The notes: generated from the letters alone by a model not told the origin. A stretch of 64,000 bases of DNA from Octopus sinensis (GCF_006345805.1 NC_043020.1:806001-870000); one strand, 5' to 3'. Positions 1-12,859 are shown, counted from the stretch's first letter. A program made the numbers and translations.

Positions 1-420
1 AATAAACATTAATAGGTGTTTGACTCCACTGCTTTTCTCTATTACGAACCGGCCTTCATTTATTGTTTTAACTGCATTGATTTTTATTGCCTCTGAGTTC
101 CTTTTGAAGCAGGAGGCAACTGCAGTTTGGTGACTTATTGGAACAATAATAATATTGGAACTTGTGTAATATATATTTGTAGAGTCAAGAACGGGGTATT
201 TAGTCGAGAGCGAACCGACTGGTCGGATTTGTTTGTTGTTGTTTTCCATTCCGATGCCATTGTGGCCGTATTTGTTCAAGTGAACCAAAATAAGCACCAT
301 TGTTGATCCGCTGATTACCTTTAGCTTGGCCTCTCTTGTTTCCTCTTTTGCCTCCGAGCAGCAATACCAATTTCTATAATCTGCTTCCTGACAATCGCTT
401 AATTGCATCTCTCTCTCCTT

Positions 421-463
<43 letters not shown>

Positions 464-844
464 GCACACACAGAGATTAAGTCTGGGTGATGCATCAGTT
501 TGGCAATTGAAAAAAAACAAAAAGAATGGCTGAAGAAATAAAATAAAATAAAATAAAGTAGGAATGTGAAGGTAGAGTAGTCGATGGTATCAGCGGAGAT
601 CTATCTTGTCAGTTGTGTATTTCATTGCTGTCTTCAGCATTCTCCTCTTCTTCCCACCATAATTATCTTTGTCATCATCATCATCATCGTCGTCGTCATC
701 ATCGCTGTCACTACCATCATCATCGTTGTCATCATTATGATGATGATCCTCATCATCATCATCGTGATCATCATTCTCATCGTCTCCACTACCATCTTAA
801 GCACTGCATAACACCAATGAAGAAAAGTTTTAAAAAATATAGTC

Positions 845-1125
845 TAGGTGCAGACATGGCTGTGTGGTAAGATGCTTACTTCCCCGCTACAAGGTTCTGG
901 GTTCAGTCCCACTGTGTGGCATCTTGGATAAGTGTCTTCTAATGTAGCCTTGCACCGACCAGAGCCTTGTGAATGTATTTGGTAGTTGGAAACTGAAAGA
1001 GGTCCATCTTATATTTGTGTGAGTGTGTGTCTGTGTCCTCCACCACTGCTTGACAACTGGTGTTGGTGTGTTTACATCCCTGTAACTTAGCAGATCAGCA
1101 AAAGAAATCAATAGAATAAGCAGCC
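845..1125 (+). mobile_element. SINE family A (tRNA-like head, CORE-like 'cttgggcaagtgtcttct' segment), diverged copy
   Basis: It has an A-box-like tggctgtgtgg and a B-box-like gggttcagtccc, and is collinear with the many other copies in the window. Confidence 0.75.
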
Positions 1126-2302
1126 AGTAGCCAAGATTCAAAAATTATGAACTTCCCTTACAGCTACTGCAGTTCATTCACCTTCACTCATCTGAGTGTC
1201 ACAGGTACAGGTGTGTGGTTAGGTATAGGCTGATTGGGTACAGGTGTGGCTTTGTGATAAGATGTTTGTTTCACAACCACAAGGTTTCAGGTTCAGTCCC
1301 ACTGTGTGACACTTTGGGTAACTGTCTTCTGCTATAGCCCCAACCCAAAAATCAAACTAAAATTTTGTGAAAGGATTTGGTAAATAGAAACTGAAAGAAG
1401 TCCATCTCACGTGTGTATGTATATATGATGGATTCTCTTTGTCATGAACAACAAATGAGGGTTCAGTAAAATAAAGTGTTTATCATGTTCTATGGACATG
1501 AATGTGTCTCTTGAAGCCTTGCTGGTTCCCTACAAACCTTTTGGCAAATGGAATAAACTGAGGGCTCAGTTTGCTGGAGTTCTTGCGGATCATTTACTAT
1601 GTGTTTTCTTGAGGGGTCGGCAGGGTCTGCTTTGCTCCGTGACACAAAACCACGATGACAGTTAAGGTTTCCATTTAGAGGAGCAGCATGGGTTTAAACA
1701 GAGAAATACATTATTGGAGTATATTTTGTCAACCATGTAAAAGGATAAATCTTTGGCAAGATTTGAACTTAGAAACTGTGTGTCTTCTCCCTCATCCAAC
1801 AGACAGGGCACACATTGTGTGCTACTTTATATATATTCAGTTCAGTGTAATCAGGAGCTAAGATTTGTATCAATGGAGCTATTTCAGGAATAAAAGTAAC
1901 GAACTAGAGTAGTGTAATTAATTTTATTCCATAAGGGCAAAAAGAGCTCATAGATACATACATACGTACACATACATACATACATACACGCGTGTGCACA
2001 CACACAAACACACACACGCTCACACACAGGAGTGGACTCTTTTAGTTTCTGTTTACCAAACATATTTTCTAAATTTTGGTTGGCCTGAGGCTATAGTAGA
2101 AGGCACTTGTTGGAGATGCCACATAGCATAATTGATCCCCAAAACATGTTGTTGGGAAACAAACTTCTCAACCACATAGCCAGGCCTGCATCTCATACAT
2201 ACATATATACACACACATACATACATACCTACATACATACATACATACATACATATATGCATACATACAAGCAGGCATGCATACATGCATGCATACATAC
2301 AT

Positions 2303-2333
<31 letters not shown>

Positions 2334-2622
2334 TACATACATACATACACACATACATACACACATACATACATACATACATACATACATACACATACAT
2401 ACATACACACATACATACACACACACCTGCATACATACATACATACATACACACATACATACATACACACACACACGCACATACACGCACACACACACAC
2501 ATGCACACACGTTTATATTTATTTGTATACAAGTCAAACTCCTAATTTAGTGTTGAATCTTGGTACAAAAATTTTTCCCTTGATATTAGCTTTATCATAT
2601 CAGACAATTAGATATAAATACA

Positions 2623-2678
<56 letters not shown>

Positions 2679-2878
2679 TAATCCAAACAAGAAAACAAAA
2701 AGACAACAACGCAAGGACGTGGAACAAATAAAGTATTATTGGACGCTCAGGAAAGAAGGGAAGAAGGAGGGTTTGACGTTTCGAGCGGAGCTTTTCGTCG
2801 GAAACATAGGAGAAGAAAGATCCCGAGAAGGAAGACAGAGGAAAAAAATCGATAGTGATACAGAGGAGGTCACATACT

Positions 2879-2954
<76 letters not shown>

Positions 2955-3666
2955 TGGGTATGAGATACATCCCAGTTTTTCCAGTCTATGTATATATATA
3001 TTATATATGTGTGTGTGTGTGTGTGTATATTCTTGGCAACAATAGTACCTCAGGTGGCTCTTCTATGTACTAAATACATATGCAGTAGTCTCATCTCTCT
3101 CTCTCTCTCTTTATCAGTGTGTATATGTATATGTATTAGTTACATCAACACTCGCTAATGATCTGTTATCATTGCTACCTCAGACACTTCTATAGCAAAT
3201 CTGTATTATTTCCACACTTCATAAAGCTAATAAGGAGCTGCTGAAAGATAATTTAAATATCTTAACCTTAACTCTAGCCAGCTGTACACTTGGTTAGGTT
3301 CATAATAGATACCTACCTATGAGTCAACAGGTGAACAGTTCATATATTGTCACCTTCCTTTTGTGAAAGATATCTATTGTGTCTCCAGAGAAGATACTGA
3401 ACAATTGTGTGCCAATTAACAGTTAAATCTCACTTAGCATTGAAGAGTCTATTTGTCTTAATTTTGGAGTTGGTTAGAGAGAGATTCTTTAAGTATGTAT
3501 TGTAGTATTGTAAACCTAGTATACTAGCACAAACATACACGTACAGACAGACACACACAGACACACACACACTGTTGTGCACACCACACACATGTGACCA
3601 TACACCCTCCTGCTAAAAGTGAATAGCAATTACTTTCATCTTGTATACAAAAGAATAGCAATTATA

Positions 3667-3704
<38 letters not shown>

Positions 3705-4026
3705 CATGCACATATATATTTATACACACACACATGCACACACTCACACACAAATATATATCTGTACTGATGTGTGTATATGTAGATAGACGCATATATA
3801 TATAGATGGATATACATAGATATATACATAGGTAGATTTATACATATAAATAGATATATATCTTGATAAGATATAAATTTATACACACACACACACACAC
3901 ATATATACACACATGTATGTATACATACATACACACACATATATACAAACATACATATATATATACATATATACACATATATATATATATATATACACAT
4001 ATATACACATACATACATATATATAT

Positions 4027-4087
<61 letters not shown>

Positions 4088-4132
4088 TATATATATACAT
4101 ATATACACATACATACATATATGAATCCAACA

Positions 4133-4490
4133 TGAAAGACACAAGTTAGCCATTCAGAAACACCCCGAAGACAATTTGCTTCACTTAAGCGTTTATTGTT
4201 TGTAATCTCCTGTCAAAATTTTCATTGCTTGAAGCTGCAACCTGGTCACTGCACAAAACTGTGGCACAATTTGTCAGTGACCAGGTCGCGGTTTCAAGCA
4301 CGGAAAATTTTGACAGCATTTTACATACAATAAATGTTAAAGTGAAGTTAACCGTCTTTGTGTGTTTCTGAATGGTTTAACTCGTGTCTTTCACACTGCA
4401 GTCGTTTTAGTTCCAACAGATGATCTCGGATCATAACACTTGCCATTCAAGCACATTCCTTATATTTGTGTGAGCGTTTGTGTGTGTGTG
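4133..4490. mobile_element. Fold-back (MITE-like) repeat with ~118-bp imperfect inverted arms; second diverged partial copy at ~6660-6880
   Basis: tgaaagacacaagttagccattcagaaacac...cctggtcactg (4133-4251) is mirrored by cagtgaccagg...gtgtttctgaatggtttaactcgtgtctttca (4275-4393). The right half and downstream sequence recur at 6700-6880. Confidence 0.65.
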
Positions 4491-4570
4491 TTTTATCACT
4501 TTGTGATTAAGAAGTTTGCAACTGCAAAGTTTCAAGTAAGTCATGTGGCACAACATCTTGGACAATAAGA

Positions 4571-4615
<45 letters not shown>

Positions 4616-4791
4616 AGAGGGCTGGCCACTATACATTCTTTATTTTCTCTCCTTGTTTCTCTCTGTGTTCCTTTCTGTGGAAGAGCGTAGACTCGAAACA
4701 TTAAAGACTTTTTCACTTCCCGAGCATTATACTAATACATCTGTTCGTTGTCTACACCACCTGTCTTCGTCTTTTGTTTTTTGTAAATTCT

Positions 4792-4862
<71 letters not shown>

Positions 4863-5114
4863 TATACATATATGTATACACACAAACACACATATATATA
4901 CATATATATTTATATCTATATACACATACACACATATACATATATGTGTATATACACACACACACACATATATATGAACACATACACACACACATATATA
5001 TATATACATACACACATACATATATATATATAGTTTAAATAAAGAAATGAAATCAAGAAAACTAATGTTTGTGTGTAACTGAAATATCTCAGAAATAGTA
5101 TATTTTATCTTAGG

Positions 5115-5318
5115 TTTCTATGGCATATGTGTTCCCCAGCTGGACGGGACGCCAGTCTATCGCAGCGTTACTCATTTTTGCCAGCTGAGTGGACAGCAGC
5201 AACGTGAAATGAAGTGTTTTGCTCAAGAACACAACGTGTTGCCCGGTCCAGGAATCGAAACCACAATCTTACGATCATGATGCTGACACCCTAACCACTA
5301 AACCACACTCCTCCACAG
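5115..5318 (-). mobile_element. tRNA-head SINE family E; related copies at ~14682-14875 (+), ~37905-38110 (-), ~40286-40500 (+)
   Basis: The copies share a gtggagg..tggtttagtggttag head, a B-box-like ggtttcgattcc and the body tgagcaaaacacttcatttcac...gctggcaaaaatgagtaa. Confidence 0.7.
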
Positions 5319-6999
5319 TGTATATATATATATGGGACGGAATGTATGTGTGTGTGTGTGTATTTGTAACCTATTAATAGCTGGATATTGTCATTACATA
5401 ATACATCAGATGTTATCTTATGTATCATGTAATACTGAAACTTGTAATATTGTAATATTATAGTGTTTGTAAACAAAAGCTAAAATTGCACTCAGCAAAC
5501 AAGCATTCACTCCATTTCCTTTTTTTTTTTTTGTTTCTTTCTCTTATAACTCTTATATTTATCTGTGAACACAGATACACACTTGTGTTGGTATGTATGT
5601 ATATGCATATATGCTTGTAGGCATTTATGTTTGCAGTTGTCTTTGTATGTGTATGTGTGTATTAAACTTTTAGTAGGAACAGTTTGTCCGTGACTGAAGT
5701 CTCAGTTTGCTTGCCTTTGTCAACAGCATGCTAAAACTTCAAAGTCACTATCAACCTTTTAATTGTAAAAGTTTAATAAACATGCACAGTACCCAAAAGT
5801 ATTGTATGAAATAACTTCAGTTTAGTGTGAGATCATTTTTATATTTATAACTTGATATAAACAATCAACGTCTATATATTTATATGCGTATTTATATGGC
5901 GTATTTACTCAAAAGTTGATTTTTAACTGAAAAAACTAGGGTGCGACTTCTACACAGCTCGAAGCTAAAACTATGACAGGAAAAGACTTGTACCAAAATA
6001 TAACACTAAATTTGTGATGCAACTTTCAGATGAGTGAATACAGTGTGTGTGTGTGTATAAAATACAGTATATATATATATATAAAATACATTGAGCGGTT
6101 TCCATCATAGGAATCCCTTACGCTAGAAGGAACAGCTAAAGTCCAAACCACTAATTAGGGGTAAATTCTCGAAGGGAATGAAAAATAAAAATATTTACCT
6201 CCTATTTCCTGAACCATAGTTTCTGACTTATTTTCACAAATAAAATAAAATAATTTATAATTATATGGTTTATCGACTAATTTTTCTATATGCTACTCTA
6301 TTGACTAATTTTGCTATACGATTCAGACAGTTTGTAGCCCTATGGTTATCTGTCCAACCCATGCCAGCATGGAAAAAAGGACATTAAATGATGATATATA
6401 TGCATACATACTCACACACACACACTGTTGTGTAGTAGTAAGTATCTTTGATGAATTGTGTTCCTGGATTTTCATTTCAAATCCAGTGTTGGATCACTTC
6501 ACTTCACCAAAGTGTTTACTTCTTTGCAGAGAAGACACAAAAACCACTTTAAAAAAAAGGCTAAAACATAGCAAAATAAAAAAAATCTCCATCTTCATTG
6601 CAGCCAAAGAAATAATTTATTACACATCCACATTCTTTTGAAGATTTTATTTAATGACAGATTTCTTTTGCTGAGTGGAAGAGATGCAGCACAGATTTTT
6701 GTCAGTGAACAGGTCGCGGTCTCAAAGCGCTGAAAATATTTTGATAAATTAAATTTAAATGTTGAAGTGAATCTAACGGTTTTTGTGTTTCTTAAATGCC
6801 TTACAAACACCTTCCACGCTGCAGTTGTTTTCGTTCCAGCACACGATCTCAGAACAGGTCACTTGCTATGCAAGTACATCTCCGTAAAGATTTCTTTTGT
6901 TTTATTTTTTAACTTTCTATAATGTGTTGTTTTATATATGTTTTTTACTCACACTTCATTTTTTTCTTTTTTTTTCTTTTTTTCCCTTCAGGGTGATGC

Positions 7000-7199
7000 A
7001 TGAGTAGCATGCGGACATGGAAGGTGGTAGCTGCCCTGCTAGGGTTCTGGCTGGTCATAATGATGTACATGAGCAGCACAGTGTTCCAAAACACCGATAC
7101 ATCACATCGTACAGAACGGCAATTACGCCATGCAATGGATGAATTAGACAGACTCCGCAAACAGAATATCGAACTTAAACAGTTGGCCACAGAGCTCAA
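7000..7199 (+). CDS. FUT8: Alpha-(1,6)-fucosyltransferase, first coding exon (cytoplasmic tail, type II signal anchor, start of stem coiled coil)
   Basis: MSSMRTWKVVAALLGFWLVIMMYMSSTVFQNTDTSHRTERQLRHAMDELDRLRKQNIELKQLATEL(K) matches the FUT8 N-terminal pattern as I recall it (vertebrate MRPW..W..I..ILFAW..LLFY.....[29 protein letters not shown]). A long polypyrimidine tract and AG acceptor at 6990-6991 precede it, and a GTAAG donor starts at 7200 (phase 2). Confidence 0.88.
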
Positions 7200-7229
7200 G
7201 TAAGAGACATTTTTTATTTTATCTCGAAA

Positions 7230-7658
7230 AAGGTTTGCATAGTTTTGGTGGTGGTGGTCGTGGTGGAAGGCAGGAGTCTTTTTCTCTTTTGTCATTTAGT
7301 TGTTTCAGTCACTGAACTGCGTGGCTATGCTGGAGCACCACCTGGAAGAGTTTGCTCTCAATCTCGGTGGTACCTATTTTCCCTTTTTAAGTTTGGTACT
7401 TATTCTATCAGTCACATCTGGTCATCAAATCTAAGTAGAGACTTCAAGGTTTGCATAGTTTTGGTGGTGGTGGTGGTCATGGTGGAAGGCAGGAGTCATT
7501 TTCTCTTTTGTCATTTAGTTGTTTCGGTCACTGAACTGCGTGGCTATGCTGGAACACCACCTTTGCTCTCGATCTCAGTGGTGCCTATTTTCTCTCTTTA
7601 AGTTTGGTAATTATTCTCTCAGTCACATCTGGTCATCAAATCTAAGAAGAGACTTCAA
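7230..7658 (+). repeat. Tandem duplication of a ~215-bp unit (SINE-A remnant plus first ~30 bp of the RTE fragment)
   Basis: aaggtttgcatagttttggtgg starts at 7230 and again at 7446. Both units end in tctggtcatcaaatctaag(t/a)agagacttcaa. Confidence 0.9.
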
Positions 7659-8098
7659 ACTTAAAAATCTTCAAAGCCACAGTCGAACCAATTCTACTAT
7701 ATGGCTCAGAAACCTGGACGTTATCAAAGAAGCTTGAGAGGCGGTTGGATGGAACTTACACTCGCCTCCTTATGAGAGCTCAAAATCTCTCGTGGAAGCG
7801 TCATCCAACCAAAATGCAAATATATGGGAAACTACCACCTGTGTTATCTCTTGTGAAAGGTAGGAGAGTCCAGTTTGCTGGACATTGTTGTAGAGCTGAA
7901 AACGTGGCAATTTCTACTCTTCTCCTCTGGAAGCCATCTACTCGCAATACCAGAGGGTGCACACTCTCCTACCCTGATGTAATCTCCAGGGATACAGGCA
8001 TCCAGCAACAGGACCACCGTAATGCCATGATGGACCGTGAATTCTGGCATAGCATGGTAAATTCCATTGTCTCGACCACGGTCGAACAATGATTGTTA

Positions 8099-8134
<36 letters not shown>

Positions 8135-8734
8135 TCCTCTGGAAGCCATCTGCTCGCGATACCAGAGGGTGCACACTCTCCTGCTCTGATGTAATCTCCA
8201 GGGATACAGGCATCGAGCAACAAGACCTCCGTAATGCTATGATGGACCGGGAAGTCTGGCGTAACATAGTAGATTCCATTGTCTCAACCACGGTCGAACA
8301 ATGATTATTATTATTATTATTATATTATTATTATTATTATTATTATTCTCATCTGGAAGTCATCTGCTTGCGATACCAGAGGGCGCACACTCTCCTACCC
8401 TGATGTAATCTCCAGGGATAACAGGCATCGAGCAACAAGACCTCCGTAATGCTATGATGGACCGGGAAGTCTGGCGTAACATAGTAGATTCCATTGTCTC
8501 AACCACGGTCGAACAATGATATTATTATTATTATTATTATATTATTATTATTCTCATCTGGAAGTCATCTGCTTGCGATACCAGAGGGCGCACACTCTCC
8601 TACCCTGATGTAATCTCCAGGGATACAAGCATCCAGCAACAGGACTTCCGTAATGCTATGATGGACCGTGAAGTCTGGCGCTGCATGGTAAATTCCATTG
8701 TCTCGACCATGGTCGAACAATGATGATGATGATG
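7627..8734 (+). mobile_element. 5'-truncated RTE-type LINE 3' fragment with its terminal ~170 bp present four times
   Basis: It translates to IWSSNL.RDFKLKIFKATVEPILLYGSETWTLSKKLERRLDGTYTRLLMRAQNLSWKRHPTK..IYG..RRVQFAGHC..DRE.W, typical of RTE/RTE-X C-termini. It ends in a (GAT)n tail, with units starting at 7922, 8134, 8348 and 8553. Confidence 0.88.
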
Positions 8735-9529
8735 AGTTACAAAATGAGGAGAAGCTTATTTCATTAAGTGGAATTAGAGAAAGTGGAGAGGCAGGGGCAG
8801 GAAATGGTGGGAGTGTACGGTTAGCCAGTTCGAGAGAACAGAGGCTATAGTAGTAGCAGTAGAAGAGACATAGAGAGGAAACAACTTGTCTATCAGGTAG
8901 TTCTGACTATAACATGATGGGTTTTATTGCTACGGTTGACTCTGTCATTATTTGCAACTTTGCTTCTTGTATTTGTGTTATTTTAAACAAGTATTTACCA
9001 GTATGAGATCAACTTCTGTATAAATGAAAGTTATCCTGAATTTAATTTTGACGTAACGAAGAATTTGAATGATATATGTTTGTCTGAAGTGTTACCGATT
9101 CCAATTAGTGTTGAAAATATCAGCTGTAAGAACCAGCACAATGCTTCAGGCGACAGTCAAAACTAATTGATGCAGAGATGGAAATGGTTGGTGACCTTGT
9201 GAATGGATTTGTCAGATAGCAACAGAAAGCAGCTTGTCATATGTATGCGTGTATGTATGTGTATATGTATGTATGTGTGTATTTCCTTGGACCTAAAAAA
9301 AAGTGTGATCTTTCAGCTACACATAAGTTTCATTTTTTAGATCCATTTAAATAAAAAGCACTCAGTTCACTCTTTGAGGTAATTGGTGTTGTTAGGAAGG
9401 GTATCCAACCATAAAGGCCATGCCAAGACCAACACAGTAGCCTGGTGTAGTCTACCTGGCCAGCTCCTGTCAAACCATCCAAACCATGCTAGTGTGGAAG
9501 ACAGACGTTAAATGATGAGGAAGATTTAC

Positions 9530-9720
9530 AAATGGCATCAATTTCTCCACGATTCTCCACTTCATTGTATGTGGTGTGCAGTTGGTCTTCAAATGCAATA
9601 TGCGCAGGAACTGAGTATATTTGGTTCCATGCATGTGCACCTGAGACACAGGAACTGAGTCGACTTGTTTTCGATAGTGGGGTACTTTTCAGGTTTCTTT
9701 ACAATTCATATGATGCCCGT
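9530..9720 (-). mobile_element. Possible decayed Penelope-like GIY-YIG remnant
   Basis: The minus frame reads TQFLRILHLKTNCTPHTMKWRIVEK, loosely resembling the T.LS.YIW.LK....Y.IKW.I segment of Penelope-type endonucleases. The similarity is weak and recalled, not searched. Confidence 0.25.
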
Positions 9721-10217
9721 TTTTGTTGTTTTTTCTGGACAACGGAAAGGGATTGCAAGAACTGATTTGCATATGATTAGCGTGTTACATTACATCACCA
9801 TCTTGGGAATGAATGGAAGGCATAAATTTAATCTGCGCAGTGAGAGTTAAAAATCACCTTTAATTACTAAGAAAATTATAATCTTAACAAACAAATATCT
9901 CCTGGAGAGCATACCAAGGTATCACTGATGTTATTTTTCTTTGGGAATAATCGAATTTAGCTCTGCAAACTAGCCAATCATTCATCAGTTTTGTCATGTC
10001 ATATTGTACTACACTAATTAAAAGGTCACACTGGAGTCACTGCTGTCCTTAAGTAGCTTTGATCAACTCATATGCAATGCTACCATAATCCGTACAACAA
10101 TGACGTTACTGTTATTTTGTTCTTTTTAAAAGCTGGGCCTGCTTCTTCTTATTGTTCCTTGTCAAAAAATCAAAATTGAAATCGATCAACATCAATGGAA
10201 ATTGTAGCTGTGATATC

Positions 10218-10760
10218 AGTGCCGGTGGCACGTAAGAGAACCATCCGAACGTGGCTGTTTCCAGCGCCACCCCAACTGGCCTCTGTGCTGGTGGAATATA
10301 AAAAGCACCATCTGATCATGGCCGTTGCCAGCCTCACCTGGCACCTGTGCCAGTGGCACGTAAAAAGCACCATCCGATCGTTGCCATTGCCAGCCTTGCC
10401 TGGCCTCCGTGCCGGTGGTACGTAAAAAGCACTATCTGATCGTAGCTATTGCCAGCCTCACCTGGCACCTGTGCCTGTGGCACGTAAAAAACACCATCCG
10501 ATCGTGGCCGTTTGCCAACCTCATGCTGGTGGCACGTAAAAAGCACCATCTGATCGTGGCCGTTTGCCAGCCTTGTCTGGCATGTAAAAAGCACCCACTA
10601 CACTCACGGGGTGGTTGGTGTTAGGAAGGGCATCCAGCCGTAGAAACATTCCCAGATCAGACTGGTGCCTGGTGCAGCCTTCTGGCTTCCCAGACCCCAG
10701 TTGAACCGTCCAACCCATGCTAGCACGGAAAGCGGACACTAAACGATGATGATGATGATG
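10218..10760 (+). mobile_element. SINE family C ((GAT)n tail) with ~6 degenerate internal 55-63-bp repeats
   Basis: Repeated tggcacgtaaaaagcaccatccgatcgtggcc units lead into cccactacactcacgg..gttaggaagggcatccagccgtagaaa...ccaacccatgctagca..gatgatgatg. Confidence 0.85.
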
Positions 10761-11470
10761 TCATAATCAACCCTCACTAATTGCTGTTGGTTCATGTTAT
10801 CGGTGACATTAGTAGTCCTTTCATTTATCAACAATACAAGTTAAACAATTTAGTTTATATCGAGGAACCACTTAGATTATTTATTTTTTTGTTCTTTGAT
10901 TTGTTTTTAACCATCACCAGAACCAAGGCCATGCTGGTGCATTCTTTTGAGTTTGGCAAAGATGGTCACTAAGAGCAAAATATTACATCACAATGCCATA
11001 GACTGGAGATTAATTATTAATCTTCCAGCTTGTTGTTCATTATTCTATTATTGACCCAGCCATCCATGTTTAAATGTTATTATTGTGCGAAATAAATTGG
11101 GACTGTTTATATCTATTATATACACATTAATATATTATACAGCAGAGGATGGACAGCATGCTTGATTATCTTTGATTTCTCTTTACTTTGTTTTTTTGTT
11201 GTTTTTTTTCCCCTTTGAAAATTTTATTATATTCACCACATTGTTGATTATCTCAACAATAACATGGCAAAAAATTATTAATTTGAAGAATTAGGTTCAG
11301 ACTATGTAAGAGGAACTATGATAGTCCTGTATTATTTTATTGTAAAACTGAAATTAATATAATTAACATTGAATGGTTGTGGCATAGTAAAATGCAAAAA
11401 AAAAAAAAAAAAAAAAAAATGAACTGACGTCTTCTTTTCATAAAGTTAATCAGCTCTGCCTCCCAGACTA

Positions 11471-11509
<39 letters not shown>

Positions 11510-11760
11510 AGAACAGAATCAAAAGAGACTCATGTTGGTCTGCGTCAGTAAGACTTGTATTCTTTAGTAAAGTTGACAAAAATAGTACATAGGCAATGGA
11601 AAGTCCAACATGTCGGGTACAGTTCTTCAGGGAAAAGTCGACCGGGATAAAATTAAAGAGAAACCCCTGTTGGCTTTTCATTTAAGAAGGGCTCTTACTG
11701 AAACATTTGGAATTATCACTCCCCACACCCTAGTTCACTGTATCTTTTTTTTGAACTGAT

Positions 11761-11962
11761 TCATCTTCGTTTAGCGTCCGTTTTCCATGCTAGCATGGGT
11801 TGGACGGTTCAACTGGGGTCTGGGAAGCCAGAAGGCTGCACCAGGCCTAGTCTGAAACATTGCCAGATCAGACTGGGCCTGGTGCAGCCTTCTGGCTTCC
11901 CAGACCCCAGTTGAACCGTCCAACCCATGCTAGCATGGAAAACAGACGCTAAACGAAGATGA
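11761..11962. repeat. Near-perfect palindrome of two SINE-C 3' ends (95-bp arms, 12-nt loop)
   Basis: 11761-11855 is the reverse complement of 11868-11962 except at two positions. Confidence 0.95.
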
Positions 11963-12403
11963 TGATGATTATGATGATTTTATTATTTATACAGGCACAT
12001 AGCCTAGAAGTTAGAGTATTGCTTTCACAATTGTTAGATTGTGGGTTCAATTCCTGGACTGGGTGGTGTGTTATGCTCTTTAGATAAACACTTCTTTTTT
12101 CATAGCTCTGTGATCATTTGGACATCTGACGTATGGCACTCTCGTGCACCTGTACAGGTAATGTCAGTTTGCTGGAGGGAGTGGACACTCATACATCATC
12201 TTTGACAGGATATTCCATTATATACATATATACACACAAGGTGCATGTAATAAGTTTTTGTTTACCAAATACACTCACAGTCCATTGGTCAGCCTGGGGT
12301 GGTGGTAGAAGACATTTACCAAAGATGCTAGGCTGTGGGACTCGAACCATGTGGTTGTGAAGCAAAGTTCTTGTGCCACACAGCCATTCCTGTACCTGTT
12401 TAG

Positions 12404-12540
12404 ATATAGATACAGAGGTATGTAGGTAGGTAGGTGGGTAGGAAGACAGACAGACAGATACAGATAGACAGAACAGATATAGATAGATAGATAGATAGAT
12501 AGATAGACGGAGATGGATAGATAGATAGATAGATAGACAG

Positions 12541-12615
<75 letters not shown>

Positions 12616-12803
12616 CTGATGAATGATAGATAGACAGACAGACTGACATAGATAGATTGATGGAAAGATAGATAGACAGATAGACAGACAGACAGATAGA
12701 TAGATAGATTGATGGATAGATAGATAGACAGAGATAGATAGATAGATAGATAGATAAATAGATAGACAGAGATAGATAGATAGATAGATAAATAGATAGA
12801 CAG

Positions 12804-12834
<31 letters not shown>

Positions 12835-12859
12835 CAGAGATAGATAGATAGATAGACAG

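Noticed and set aside
2053-5033. Many 60-160-aa ORFs (YI/HT/VC repeats), also at 12275-12909, 27646-28114, 29613-30194, 36311-36740 and 57475-58019
   Set aside because: They are di- and tetranucleotide microsatellite read-through.
8987-9165. ~59-codon stop-free plus-strand frame as an alternative FUT8 exon
   Set aside because: The acceptor lacks a good polypyrimidine tract. Splicing from the phase-2 donor at the nearby AG would use a different frame that stops within a few codons.
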